Assembly: GCA_963807455.1 (NCBI GenBank) | Contig: CAWECS010000015.1 | Coordinates: 53,424-117,423 of the forward strand | Length of the DNA stretch: 64,000 nt | Source: an uncultured Gammaproteobacteria bacterium | Lineage (GTDB): Bacteria > Pseudomonadota > Gammaproteobacteria > JAADHQ01 | Direction: 5' to 3' | The notes under the pieces: model-generated | Databases searched by the model: none | What the model was told of the DNA's origin: nothing | Seen by the model: the letters and a program-made list of their open reading frames with translations, nothing else | Shown here: positions 31,433 to 41,217 of the stretch, piece after piece | Position numbering within the stretch: position 1 is the stretch's first letter | Layout: each line of letters opens with the position of its first letter | Position numbers and translations under genes: made by a program

Positions 31433-33237
31433 ATAAACAAAGTACACGCAGACATCGTTCCTGGTTCGGATACAGACCGCTGGTTTCCATTATGGTGACC
31501 GGGTTGTTACTGAATGGCTGCGGTCTGACCAATCCACCGCGAATGTCGCCAGGACATATTTCCACGATGGGCACAGCTGCCGACGATGTCAAAGCTCAGG
31601 CGATTCCAGACGTAGTCACCCAGGCGCCGGTATTACCGATGCCGAAACCCACATCTAAATTGGAAACCTATACGGTGGTAGTGGCCGATGTGCCAGTCAG
31701 GGAGCTGCTGTTCAGCCTGGCCCGTGATGCCAATCTTAACGTGGATATCGCTGCGGGTATTAACGGCATGGTGACCATGAATGCGGTGGACCAGACCCTG
31801 CTGCAGATCCTGGAACGTATCTCCAGGCAGGTCTCGCTACGCTACGCGATTGATGGCCCCAATCTGGTGGTTTCTGCCGACAGGCCATTCTGGCGCATCT
31901 ATCGTATTGATTATGTGAACATGGACCGGGAGAGCACCAGTGAAGTGCGCGTGGCTACCCAGATTGCCACCACCGGGGGAGGCGTTGGTGGCAGTGGCGG
32001 AGGTGGTGCCGGCAATGTCTCCAACACCACCGTCAAGAATGTCTCCAGTAATGCCTTCTGGAGTACCTTGCAGGCCAATATACGTGCCATCCTTGGCGGT
32101 AACGACGAGGAGGGCGCTACCGCACCGGCGCCGGTCACTGCAACAGCGGTAGCCGCACCTGCAGTGGACGCAGCAGCAGGTGCTACCCAGACCGCAGTGG
32201 CGGTCACTTCGTCCGCACCCGCGGCAGCCTTCATCAGCAACCCCGTGGTCGCCAACCCGGCGAGCGGGCTGATCAATGTATACGCCTCCCAGCAACAGCA
32301 TGAGCAGGTGCAGGGTTTCCTGGACCGAGTCATGGTGAATGTGCAACGGCAGGTGATGATCGAGATGACCATCGTTGAGGTAGAACTGAGTGATGGTTAT
32401 CAAATGGGAGTGGACTGGTCACGACTGTCTAACAACAATGGAACCAGCGGCAATGGACCATCGCTGATCGCCAATCTAATCGGCAGTACCAATCTGAGTA
32501 CTGCGCCGGTATTCAGTCTCGGCTACCAGAATGCCACGTCAAGTATCGGCAACATAACCGCCACCATCAAGATGCTGGAATCCTTTGGTAATGTGCGCGT
32601 ATTGTCCAGCCCCAAGATTATGGCACTGAACAATCAGACGGCGTTGCTGAAGGTGGTGGATGAAACAGTCTACTTTACCGTGGAACAGGAGATTACAGAA
32701 ACCGAGGGACAACCTGCGAGAACTACCTACACCAGTGAGATCCATACCGTACCGGTTGGCATGGTGATGAGTGTCATCCCGCAGATCAACGAGAATGACA
32801 ACGTCACCATGAGTATCCGGCCCACCATCTCCCGTATCACCAGTTTCAAGGAAGATCCGGTACCCAAGCTTATAGGGGCTGACTTTGAAAACCTGGTTCC
32901 GCAGATCCAGGTGCGTGAACTGGAATCCCTGCTACAGGTGGGTGATGGCCAGACCATTGTCATGGGCGGTCTGATGACAAACAAGATAAACAAGGCAAGG
33001 GATGGTATCCCGATTCTGCAGGACACCCCGGTAATAGGGGATCTGTTCAGTTATCGGAATGACACGGTCACCAAGACCGAGTTGGTGATCTTCCTGCGTC
33101 CCACGGTGATCAAAAACTTTGACTTGCAGAAAAAATGGCAGGACTACAAGCATCTGCTACCGCAGAATTCTTCCGCCATTACGCCTACGCTGGAGCAATC
33201 CCATTCAATGGCCTCGCCATCAACCGGGATGAGATAG
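31429..33237 (+). CDS. Lipoprotein secretin, MshL/PilQ/GspD family
   Basis: Lipobox LLLNGC. Secretin core VLSSPKIMALNNQTALLKV ... GGLM ... IPILQDTPVIGDLFSYRN ... ELVIFLRPTVI. 4-bp ATGA overlap with the upstream gene. Confidence 0.9.
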   Translation: MNKQSTRRHRSWFGYRPLVSIMVTGLLLNGCGLTNPPRMSPGHISTMGTAADDVKAQAIPDVVTQAPVLPMPKPTSKLETYTVVVADVPVRELLFSLARDANLNVDIAAGINGMVTMNAVDQTLLQILERISRQVSLRYAIDGPNLVVSADRPFWRIYRIDYVNMDRESTSEVRVATQIATTGGGVGGSGGGGAGNVSNTTVKNVSSNAFWSTLQANIRAILGGNDEEGATAPAPVTATAVAAPAVDAAAGATQTAVAVTSSAPAAAFISNPVVANPASGLINVYASQQQHEQVQGFLDRVMVNVQRQVMIEMTIVEVELSDGYQMGVDWSRLSNNNGTSGNGPSLIANLIGSTNLSTAPVFSLGYQNATSSIGNITATIKMLESFGNVRVLSSPKIMALNNQTALLKVVDETVYFTVEQEITETEGQPARTTYTSEIHTVPVGMVMSVIPQINENDNVTMSIRPTISRITSFKEDPVPKLIGADFENLVPQIQVRELESLLQVGDGQTIVMGGLMTNKINKARDGIPILQDTPVIGDLFSYRNDTVTKTELVIFLRPTVIKNFDLQKKWQDYKHLLPQNSSAITPTLEQSHSMASPSTGMR

Positions 33238-33239
33238 CC

Positions 33240-34718
33240 ATGAGCCTGTTGATGGATGCATTGAAAAAGGCTGAGCAGGCCAAGCAGGGTGAGCTTGAAG
33301 CTGATGCCTCATCCAGGCCAGCAATGTCTATAGATGACGCTATACCGGTGCAACCCGCTGATGAGACAGACCTGCTCGAACTGACGCTGGACGATCCTGA
33401 ACCAATTAATAAACCGGAGCGTGTTGACACGGCAGTGGATCAAGCTGCGCCGCAGGCCGAGGTGCAGCCCGATATACAAGCAGAGCCAGAGCTGGTGCTT
33501 TCCACTGACAGTGCCACGCCCGTGGTCGAACAACAAAAGATGGCAAGCGAACCGGGGCCGGCTGCGGAGCCGCTGCAATCAGCCACGCTGCAGGCCGTTG
33601 CAGAGGAACAAGCTACTGTCGATCCGCAGCAGTTGCAGCGCGCCTTTGCGTTGAAATCCCATGCTAAAGCCAGACGTAAACGCGTGTTAATGCTTACCTT
33701 GGGCGGTGTGCTACTCGTGTCATTGCTGGGTGGTGGTTACTACTATGTTGATCATGCAATATCCAATCTCGGTAGTGCTTCACTGGTAGCTGATCATACT
33801 GGATACCAGGCGTCTGAAGAGAATATTGCTATGTCCACCGATGTGATGGCGGATGAGCTCGATTCGTTAGCTTCTCCCACACAGGGCGTGCAGGACGATA
33901 GCGAGATTGTTTCCATGCAGGCAATTGCACCACTGCAAATGTCAGCCTCTGCAGCACAAACACCATCCGTGCAGCAAACGCTACAGGTTCCGGCATCAGA
34001 GATGCCTGCAGCCGATGATCATATAGTTGCAGCGGCGGTACGTAAGCCTGTAGCAGCGGGCAGGCCGGCGCCTGTTGCAAACAAGCCGGTGCAAAAGAAG
34101 CGTATTCGCATTCAACGTACGCAAAAAACCGATAGCATTAACGAGCGACTGCTGGAAGCCTATCATGGCTATCAGGCGGGCAACTACGTGTTGGCGGCAA
34201 GCAATTATCATGATGTCCTGCAGCAGGATGCCTTGAACCGGGACGCACTGCTCGGGCTGGCGGCGATCGCCCATCGCAACGGCGATCGTCAGCAGGCAGC
34301 CGATTATTACATTATCCTGCTCAATCACAACCCCAGGGACAGCACCGCTATTTCGGGTCTGATGACCCTGCATGGCTCCAGCTTGACGGTCGAAAATGAA
34401 AGCCGCATTAAAATGATGCTGGACCAGGAGCCGGAGTCTGCACACCTGCATTTTGCCCTGGGCACCCTGTATGCAGGACAGTCACGCTGGGCCGATGCGC
34501 AGCAGTCTTTCTTTAACGCACATCGTTATGCTGCGCAGAATGCGGATTATGCCTACAACCTGGCAGTCAGTCTGGACCGCATAGGTAAACAGGCTACGGC
34601 GCTGCAGTATTACCGGCGTGCAGTCAGTCTTGCCGGTGAACAGCGGACGATGTTCAACCTGTCTGAGGCCAACGAGCGCATCAATGTGCTGGTCGGCCTT
34701 ACTGGCCCAACACAGTAA
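33240..34718 (+). CDS. Bitopic TPR-repeat protein (MshN-like; GspB-like N-terminus)
   Basis: Start at the ATG at 33240 (MSLLMDALKKAEQAKQ). Acidic/Pro-rich spacer and one TM (VLMLTLGGVLLVSLLGGGYYY). C-terminal TPR-like repeats (AYHGYQAGNYVLAASNYHDVLQQD ... ADYAYNLAVSLDRIGKQATALQYYRRAV). Confidence 0.7.
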   Translation: MSLLMDALKKAEQAKQGELEADASSRPAMSIDDAIPVQPADETDLLELTLDDPEPINKPERVDTAVDQAAPQAEVQPDIQAEPELVLSTDSATPVVEQQKMASEPGPAAEPLQSATLQAVAEEQATVDPQQLQRAFALKSHAKARRKRVLMLTLGGVLLVSLLGGGYYYVDHAISNLGSASLVADHTGYQASEENIAMSTDVMADELDSLASPTQGVQDDSEIVSMQAIAPLQMSASAAQTPSVQQTLQVPASEMPAADDHIVAAAVRKPVAAGRPAPVANKPVQKKRIRIQRTQKTDSINERLLEAYHGYQAGNYVLAASNYHDVLQQDALNRDALLGLAAIAHRNGDRQQAADYYIILLNHNPRDSTAISGLMTLHGSSLTVENESRIKMMLDQEPESAHLHFALGTLYAGQSRWADAQQSFFNAHRYAAQNADYAYNLAVSLDRIGKQATALQYYRRAVSLAGEQRTMFNLSEANERINVLVGLTGPTQ

Positions 34719-34731
34719 ACGTGGTACCAGT

Positions 34732-36417
34732 ATGAGACTCGGCGATCTGTTGATTGATAAGGGACTGGTCAACCAGGACCAGGTGCGTATCGCCCTGACG
34801 GAGCAGAAAAAACAGAATATTCCGCTGGGTAAGATCTTTGTACGACTGGGATTTGTCTCTGAAGGAGTGATGCGTGATGTGCTGGGAGAATCGATTGGTC
34901 AGGAGAGTGTAGACCTGACCACGGTGGTCCCTGATGGTGATGCCATCGCCCTGTTGCCAAAGGAACTGGCGCGCCGTTACCACATGCTCCCGATTACCTT
35001 TGATGAAGACAACAAGCTGCTGACGCTGGCCATGGCAGACACCTTTAATGTCGTCGCACTGGATCAGACGACAGCCCTGCTGGGTGGCGAGATCGAGATC
35101 AGGACCCTGTTGGCGGCCGAGGCCGAGATTGAAGCGGCCATTGATCAATTCTACGGTTTCGAGCTTTCTGTGGAAGGTATTCTGCACGAGCTGGATACCG
35201 GCGAGGTGGACTACAAGGGCCTGCAGGCGGACAACGATGAATACAGCCAGCCGCTGGTGCGACTGGTCGATGCTTTGCTGGCCGATTCGGTAAAGCGCGG
35301 TGCCTCTGATATTCACTTTGAACCGGAAGAGGGTTTTCTGCGTATCCGCTACCGCATTGACGGTGTATTGCGGCAGGTGCGAACCCTGCACAAGAATTAC
35401 TGGTCCGGGATCGTGGTGCGCCTCAAGGTCATCTCTGGCATGAACATCGCCGAGACCCGTGCACCACAGGACGGCAGGATCTCGTTGACAGTGGGCGGTC
35501 GCCCGGTGGATTTTCGTGTCGCCTCGCAGCCGACGACGCACGGCGAAAATATCGTGCTGCGCGTGCTGGATCGGCACAAGGGTATCGTGCCGCTCGATAA
35601 ATTGCATCTGACGGAAGATGCACTCGGGCAGCTGAAGATCATGATGGCGCGCCCGGAAGGACTTATTCTGGTCACCGGGCCTACCGGCAGCGGCAAGACC
35701 ACCACGCTGTATTCACTATTGAATTACCGTAACGATGAGTCAGTCAATATCATGACCCTGGAAGACCCGGTCGAGTATCCCATGGCCATGATCAGGCAGA
35801 GCTCCGTCAATGAAGCTGCCAAACTGGATTTCGCTAACGGCATACGTTCTATCATGCGCCAGGATCCGGATATTATTCTGGTGGGTGAGATACGCGACAC
35901 AGATACCGCGGAAATGGCCTTTCGCGCGGCGATGACCGGGCATCAGGTTTTTTCAACCCTGCATACCAATTCCGCACTCGGTGCAATTCCGCGTCTGTTG
36001 GACATTGGCATCCTGCCGGACATCATGGCGGGGAATATTATCGGCATTGTTGCGCAACGCCTGATCCGTAAATTATGCCCGCACTGCAAGCAGCCCTATG
36101 AGCCGGAAGGTCTGGAGAAGAAGTTACTGCAGATCGACGAGCAGCATGAATCCGTTACCCTGTATCGCGCCAGCGGTTGTGATCAGTGTGATCAGCATGG
36201 CTACAAGGGGCGCATGGCGCTGATGGAAGTGTTGAGGATGAACCAGGAGATGGATGAACTGGTAACACGGCGCGCTACCATGATGGAATTGAAACAGATG
36301 GCCCTGTCCAGGGGCTTTGTGCAGCTTGCAGATGATGGTATTCGTCGCGTACTCAGTGGCGAGACAAGTCTCGACGAGGTTTCGCGCGTGATAGATCTAA
36401 CGGATCGGGTTGGATAG
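34732..36417 (+). CDS. GspE/PilB-family assembly ATPase with N-terminal MshEN domain (MshE-like)
   Basis: Start MRLGDLLIDKGLV. Walker A GPTGSGKTTT. Tetracysteine CPHC...CDQC. The N-terminal 24-residue c-di-GMP-binding MshEN motif is matched. Confidence 0.9.
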   Translation: MRLGDLLIDKGLVNQDQVRIALTEQKKQNIPLGKIFVRLGFVSEGVMRDVLGESIGQESVDLTTVVPDGDAIALLPKELARRYHMLPITFDEDNKLLTLAMADTFNVVALDQTTALLGGEIEIRTLLAAEAEIEAAIDQFYGFELSVEGILHELDTGEVDYKGLQADNDEYSQPLVRLVDALLADSVKRGASDIHFEPEEGFLRIRYRIDGVLRQVRTLHKNYWSGIVVRLKVISGMNIAETRAPQDGRISLTVGGRPVDFRVASQPTTHGENIVLRVLDRHKGIVPLDKLHLTEDALGQLKIMMARPEGLILVTGPTGSGKTTTLYSLLNYRNDESVNIMTLEDPVEYPMAMIRQSSVNEAAKLDFANGIRSIMRQDPDIILVGEIRDTDTAEMAFRAAMTGHQVFSTLHTNSALGAIPRLLDIGILPDIMAGNIIGIVAQRLIRKLCPHCKQPYEPEGLEKKLLQIDEQHESVTLYRASGCDQCDQHGYKGRMALMEVLRMNQEMDELVTRRATMMELKQMALSRGFVQLADDGIRRVLSGETSLDEVSRVIDLTDRVG

Positions 36418-36426
36418 AGGCCCGCT

Positions 36427-37632
36427 ATGGCAATTTTCAAATACAAGGCCATCGATCAGAATGGCAAGACTCACCAGGGACGCATAGATGCGGTCAATGA
36501 GCCGGATCTGGAAACCAGACTCGGCAACATGAGCATGGAGCTGATTACCTTCCAGGAGGTCACCAGGAAGACTTCTTTTCTCAGCGGCAGAAAGGTGACG
36601 CGTCAGGATTTGATTACCTTTTGTTTCCATATGGAACAGCTTAACCGGGCCGGGGTGCCCATCATCGAGTCGCTCGTCGATTTGCGTGACAGCATCGATA
36701 ATCCATTTTTTCGCGAAATCCTGTCTGACATGGTGGCTACCATTGAAGGGGGTAAAACCTTCTCCGAGTCGCTGGAAAAATTTCCCCGCGTATTCGACGA
36801 GATTTTCGTTAGCCTGGTGGCCGCAGGTGAACACAGCGGTGAGCTCAGTACCGTGCTGAAGAATATGACGGAATCCCTGAAATTCCAGGATGAGCTGATC
36901 GCACAGAGTAAGAAACTGATTATGTACCCTGCCTTTGTCGGCACGGTGGTGCTTGGTGTGATTTTCTTTCTGATGATTTACCTGGTACCGCAGATGGTCT
37001 CTTTTATCCAGTCCATGGGTGAAGCCTTGCCGCTGCATACCCGCATGCTGATAGCGGTCTCGGATTTTTTTGTGCACTACTGGTATGTGATCCTGGTGTT
37101 GCCGGTATTGCTGTTTTTCCTGGTGCGCATGCTGGCCAGAACCAACGCCAAGGTACGTTACCGCATAGATGGTTTAAAGCTGAAGCTGTGGATGCTTGGC
37201 CCGATCCTGCGCAAGATTATCCTGGGTCGTTTTGCCACCTATTTTGCGCTGTTGTACGCTTCCGGCGTTACCGTACTGGAAAGCATCGAAATCAGTGAGC
37301 GCATCGCCGGCAATGCGGTCATTGCCAGGGCATTGAACCAGGTGCGCCAAAGCACCTCTGAAGGGCAGAACCTTAGTACCAGTATCGAAGCGGCTGGTCT
37401 GTTTCCACCACTGGTATTGAGGATGCTGCGAGTAGGCGAGAGTACCGGTCGGCTGGATACAGCATTGTTGAATGTTAGCTATTTTTATAATCGTGAGGTG
37501 AAGGAGTCCATCGATAAACTGCAGGCCTTGATCGAGCCGATCATGACGGTGGTCCTTGGTCTGATCCTTGGCTGGGTGATGATGTCTGTGCTCGGTCCCA
37601 TCTACGATATTATTGGCAAGATCAAGAACTGA
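36427..37632 (+). CDS. GspF/PilC/MshG-family inner-membrane platform protein
   Basis: 401 aa with a duplicated T2SS-F domain and three TM segments. Confidence 0.9.
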   Translation: MAIFKYKAIDQNGKTHQGRIDAVNEPDLETRLGNMSMELITFQEVTRKTSFLSGRKVTRQDLITFCFHMEQLNRAGVPIIESLVDLRDSIDNPFFREILSDMVATIEGGKTFSESLEKFPRVFDEIFVSLVAAGEHSGELSTVLKNMTESLKFQDELIAQSKKLIMYPAFVGTVVLGVIFFLMIYLVPQMVSFIQSMGEALPLHTRMLIAVSDFFVHYWYVILVLPVLLFFLVRMLARTNAKVRYRIDGLKLKLWMLGPILRKIILGRFATYFALLYASGVTVLESIEISERIAGNAVIARALNQVRQSTSEGQNLSTSIEAAGLFPPLVLRMLRVGESTGRLDTALLNVSYFYNREVKESIDKLQALIEPIMTVVLGLILGWVMMSVLGPIYDIIGKIKN

Positions 37633-37633
37633 T

Positions 37634-39238
37634 ATGGCTAATACACGCATATTTTATCTCAATGCCCAGCAGCTGGCAGTCTATCAGTGGGATGGCACTG
37701 CCCTGGAGGTGCATTACCGCTTTGATTCCACGCCGGAAGGTCAGGCCGCATTTGCCGAATATCTGACCGATGCTGCGGATATTGTCAGCGCCATGCTGGT
37801 GGATGTGGTAGAGGAAGAGTATCGCAATGAAACCATACCCCATCTACGCGGGCGTGACAGCGATGCCGTGCAGAGCAGAAAACTTGCCCAGCTGTTCAGG
37901 CACACATCCTACCGTACCTGCCAGTTACAGGGCAGGGAGAAAACGGGACGCAAGGATGACAAGGCAGTACTCACCGCCTTGACCAACCCGGGCATGGTCG
38001 ACTCGTGGTTAGCGCATATCAATGCAGCGAACGTTCCACTCGCGGGGATCTATTCGTTGCCCATGCTGGGATCACAGCTGCTCAGGAAACTGAAGCTCAA
38101 TTGTCCACATGCGCTGCTGATTACCGAGCAGAGTAGTGGCCTGCTGCGCCAGTCTTTTCATGGCGATGGCCACCTGAAAATCAGCCGCCTTTCTCCTGTT
38201 ACCGAGGACAGCAAAAACAACTATACAGAATTTCTTGTTGCTGAAATCGAGAAGAACCAGCGTTACCTGAATCGTCTGCGTATATTGCCCTTCGGCAAAG
38301 TGCTTGATGTCTTTGTCGTATGCCAGCATTCACGTATTCAACGCTTGCAACAGGAATGTCAGGACAGTAATGCTATTCGCTATCATATTATCGATATCAA
38401 CGAGGCCGCGCGACAGGTCGGGCTGCAGCAGGTGGTGGATGAGCATGCGAGCGAGCCGTTGTTTATACGCCTGCTGGCAGGCGAACGGCCTGCGACTAAC
38501 TACGCCAGCAAGGATCAGCGCCGTTACCACCTGATGTATCAGACACGCAAGATCCTGGTCGCAGCCGGCGTGGTGCTTGCGCTAGCAAGTACTGCCTGGA
38601 GTGCCATGAATGTCGTTGAAGGCTTGCAGTACAATCAGTCGAGAGTGCAGGCCATGGAACAGGCGCAGAGTCTGGAAGAGCATCACCAGTTGCTTTCCCT
38701 GCATCTGCCGAAAACGCCGAAAAGCCCGCGTGACATGCAGGCTGCGGTCGAGACCCACAAGACGCTGCAGGCCTATGGCACAAGTCCTTATCTGACAATG
38801 TCCGCGGTAGGCAAACAGCTGCAGCAATACCCCGGCTTGCAACTGGATGGCATTCGCTGGATATCCTCTCTTGATGCAAACACGGCCATTGGGCAACTCG
38901 AAGCACAAGCAGAGTCCGAGGAAGCGGTTGGCGAAGCACAGCAGACTGACACTGAAGAGTCGCAGCATCTATACCAGATCACCCTGTTCAAGGGGATGGT
39001 GAAACCCTTTTATGGTGATTATCCGGCAGCATTTTCCCTGGTTAACAGGTTTATGGCCAGCCTGCGCAAAGACCCGCGGTTTGTTGAAGTGACCGCGACC
39101 ACCATGCCCTTGGATGTGAATTCCCGTTCTACGCTGAAAGGTGTGTCGGGGACGGCAGAGCAAATCAACCCGGCCAGATTCGAGATCAAAACAATACTCA
39201 GGGTTAACCCGCATTTCGCACCAGAGCGGCGCCTATGA
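37634..39238 (+). CDS. Uncharacterised bitopic protein; architecture like a PilM-PilN fusion (MshI/GspL-like)
   Basis: Start at the ATG at 37634, 1 nt after the platform gene stop. About 310-aa cytoplasmic domain, single TM (ILVAAGVVLALASTAWSAM), then a periplasmic coiled-coil plus alpha/beta region. No sequence motif was recognised. Confidence 0.4.
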   Translation: MANTRIFYLNAQQLAVYQWDGTALEVHYRFDSTPEGQAAFAEYLTDAADIVSAMLVDVVEEEYRNETIPHLRGRDSDAVQSRKLAQLFRHTSYRTCQLQGREKTGRKDDKAVLTALTNPGMVDSWLAHINAANVPLAGIYSLPMLGSQLLRKLKLNCPHALLITEQSSGLLRQSFHGDGHLKISRLSPVTEDSKNNYTEFLVAEIEKNQRYLNRLRILPFGKVLDVFVVCQHSRIQRLQQECQDSNAIRYHIIDINEAARQVGLQQVVDEHASEPLFIRLLAGERPATNYASKDQRRYHLMYQTRKILVAAGVVLALASTAWSAMNVVEGLQYNQSRVQAMEQAQSLEEHHQLLSLHLPKTPKSPRDMQAAVETHKTLQAYGTSPYLTMSAVGKQLQQYPGLQLDGIRWISSLDANTAIGQLEAQAESEEAVGEAQQTDTEESQHLYQITLFKGMVKPFYGDYPAAFSLVNRFMASLRKDPRFVEVTATTMPLDVNSRSTLKGVSGTAEQINPARFEIKTILRVNPHFAPERRL

Positions 39239-39326
39239 ACACGAATCCTCAGCCTGATTCCGAAATGCCAAAGGGCCATACCTTAGTAAAATATATTGAC
39301 GGTCTGGTAAGAAATGCGGGTTTAAC

Positions 39327-39962
39327 ATGAAAAAGTTTAATATTGACTGGAAATATATCAGGATATCGTTAGTGATAGCGGTCATCTGCCTGTCTGTCAG
39401 TATTGCCCTGTTGGCTACCAGTTATGCGTTTGTCGTCAGCGCCAGGACACATTATATACAACAGAAAAACGTGCGCGATACCATGGCCGAGGAGGGCCGG
39501 ATCCTGGAGGAAGATATTCGCCTGGCAAAAGCATATAGCAGACCGTTCGCAGCGATTGTTCGCAAGGGAGTTGTGGGGGAGGAGCGGCGTCTGGGCTGGG
39601 TGGAGGCTTTGCGTGAAACCACCTCTTCGTTGAATCTCAACAAGTCGAATTATCGCATTGAACCCAGGCAACTGCTTACCCCTGAATATATCGATAACAG
39701 TGGTAATTTCAACCTGTACGCCAGCAGGATGAACCTGCAACTTGCACTGCTGCATGAGGGTGATCTGCTGTCCGTGATGGCTGGGCTGGACAGCAAGGCA
39801 GCCGGTATTTTTCATGTGCAGAGTTGTGACCTTGAACGTAAGCAGGATGATTTTCTCAGCGGTGATGTGGGCGATAACCTTGCCGCCGAGTGCCAGCTGG
39901 TCTGGTATACCCTTGATGATACTGTGGCGAAGGATGGGGGGGCGTATGAAGACTCGAATTAG
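39327..39962 (+). CDS. Uncharacterised bitopic protein, PilO/MshJ/GspM-like architecture
   Basis: 211 aa. N-terminal TM (ISLVIAVICLSVSIALLATSYAF), predicted coiled coil, C-terminal globular part. Confidence 0.4.
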   Translation: MKKFNIDWKYIRISLVIAVICLSVSIALLATSYAFVVSARTHYIQQKNVRDTMAEEGRILEEDIRLAKAYSRPFAAIVRKGVVGEERRLGWVEALRETTSSLNLNKSNYRIEPRQLLTPEYIDNSGNFNLYASRMNLQLALLHEGDLLSVMAGLDSKAAGIFHVQSCDLERKQDDFLSGDVGDNLAAECQLVWYTLDDTVAKDGGAYEDSN

Positions 39963-40422
39963 ATGCGTGTGGCATATTACCCTGGTTCTGTACATGTCCA
40001 TGCTGTCAGTTATTTTGTTGCCGGCTGTGGTAGATGCCGCAGAGCTGGGCCGTCTGTTCAGCACCCCTTCCGAACGTCTGCGTCTGAACCAGATGCGCCA
40101 TGCTGGCGGGATGGTGTCTATTCCTGCTGTCGTGCCAGAGAGTACATCGCCAGCGATACCTGCCGGTGAGCCGATCAGATTCAATGGCTTTGTAAAACGC
40201 AGCAGTGGGCAAAGAGATGCCTGGGTCAATGGTCGGCATGCCGGATCAGACCAGGCGCTGTCGCGCAAGCTGGGTTCCGGCAATACCATGCGAATCAAGG
40301 TACCCGATAGCCGTCGTAAGGTGCGCTTGAAAGCCGGCCAGGTGATGGATCCTTTGACGGGTGATGTGTATGAGGTCTATGAGCCACAAAAAGCGGATCA
40401 CCCGCCGCGGGTAGATAAATAG
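39946..40422 (+). CDS. Small secreted protein (PilP/MshK-like position)
   Basis: Internal ATG at 39946 gives the signal peptide MKTRIRCVWHITLVLYMSMLSVILLPAVVDA. It overlaps the upstream gene by 17 nt. Confidence 0.45.
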   Translation: MKTRIRCVWHITLVLYMSMLSVILLPAVVDAAELGRLFSTPSERLRLNQMRHAGGMVSIPAVVPESTSPAIPAGEPIRFNGFVKRSSGQRDAWVNGRHAGSDQALSRKLGSGNTMRIKVPDSRRKVRLKAGQVMDPLTGDVYEVYEPQKADHPPRVDK

Positions 40423-41147
40423 TGACTACTGCAGTGAAAAGATTTGTCTCCCTGTCTGCTTGTCGGCGCCAACAGGGTGCGGTGTTGTTGATACTGTTAA
40501 CCATGATGGTGCTCGCCTCCAGCTATATGTTGTTGGGCAAGCTTAATAGCAGTGCCGTATCGACCAGGCAAACCAGTCAGACGGTGAAGATTCTGGCAGA
40601 TGCTAAAGAGGCACTGCAGGGATTTGCTGCCGTCAACAACCGCCTGCCGTGCCCGGCTACTCCAGCCAGTGCCGGTATTGAGGACCCACCAGCAACAGGG
40701 ATATGTACTGAAGATCACGGCTTTGTCCCTGCGGTCACCCTGGGGCTTGCCGGTGCCGTCAATCAGGACAGCCTGTTGCTGGACGCCTGGGGCAATCCGG
40801 TTCGCTACAGCGTAACCGGTAGCAATAGCAGGGCCTATACCGTCGGCCCTATTGTGCCTGGTCTGAATCCGGACCTTAGTGTATGTGCAGACACAGGCTG
40901 TAGCATGACCTTGATAGTTGATGCAGTCGTGGTGCTCTATTCAACGGGTAAGGATGGTGCCTCACGACCAGTATCCACGGATCAACGTGAGAATGGTGAA
41001 ACCCGCTTGTCTGCCGGCGTGACGGGTCCCTCGGGCATTCGCTACTGGGTGTCAAATGATCCTCTGTTTGTCAGTCGTGAAGTGAGTCTGGTGTCCGGCA
41101 ATGAATTCGATGATCTGCTGAAGTGGATCTCGCCGGGTATGCTGTAA
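40422..41147 (+). CDS. Non-canonical pilin-like protein (hydrophobic N-terminal helix, no Glu5); paralogue of the next gene
   Basis: GTG start overlapping the upstream TAG by 1 nt. The N-terminus RRQQGAVLLILLTMMVLASSYML resembles PilX/GspK-type minor pilins. The C-terminal domain is clearly homologous to 41218..41970 (LPCPA...GFVP.VTLGLAG...LLLDAWGNP.RYSV...FDDL..WISP). Confidence 0.6.
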   Translation: MTTAVKRFVSLSACRRQQGAVLLILLTMMVLASSYMLLGKLNSSAVSTRQTSQTVKILADAKEALQGFAAVNNRLPCPATPASAGIEDPPATGICTEDHGFVPAVTLGLAGAVNQDSLLLDAWGNPVRYSVTGSNSRAYTVGPIVPGLNPDLSVCADTGCSMTLIVDAVVVLYSTGKDGASRPVSTDQRENGETRLSAGVTGPSGIRYWVSNDPLFVSREVSLVSGNEFDDLLKWISPGML

Positions 41148-41217
41148 TGGTGACCAATGATGCCAGCTTGCGTATGCACAATGTGAGATTGCGAGACGAT
41201 GACTGCGGGTGCTTAGC

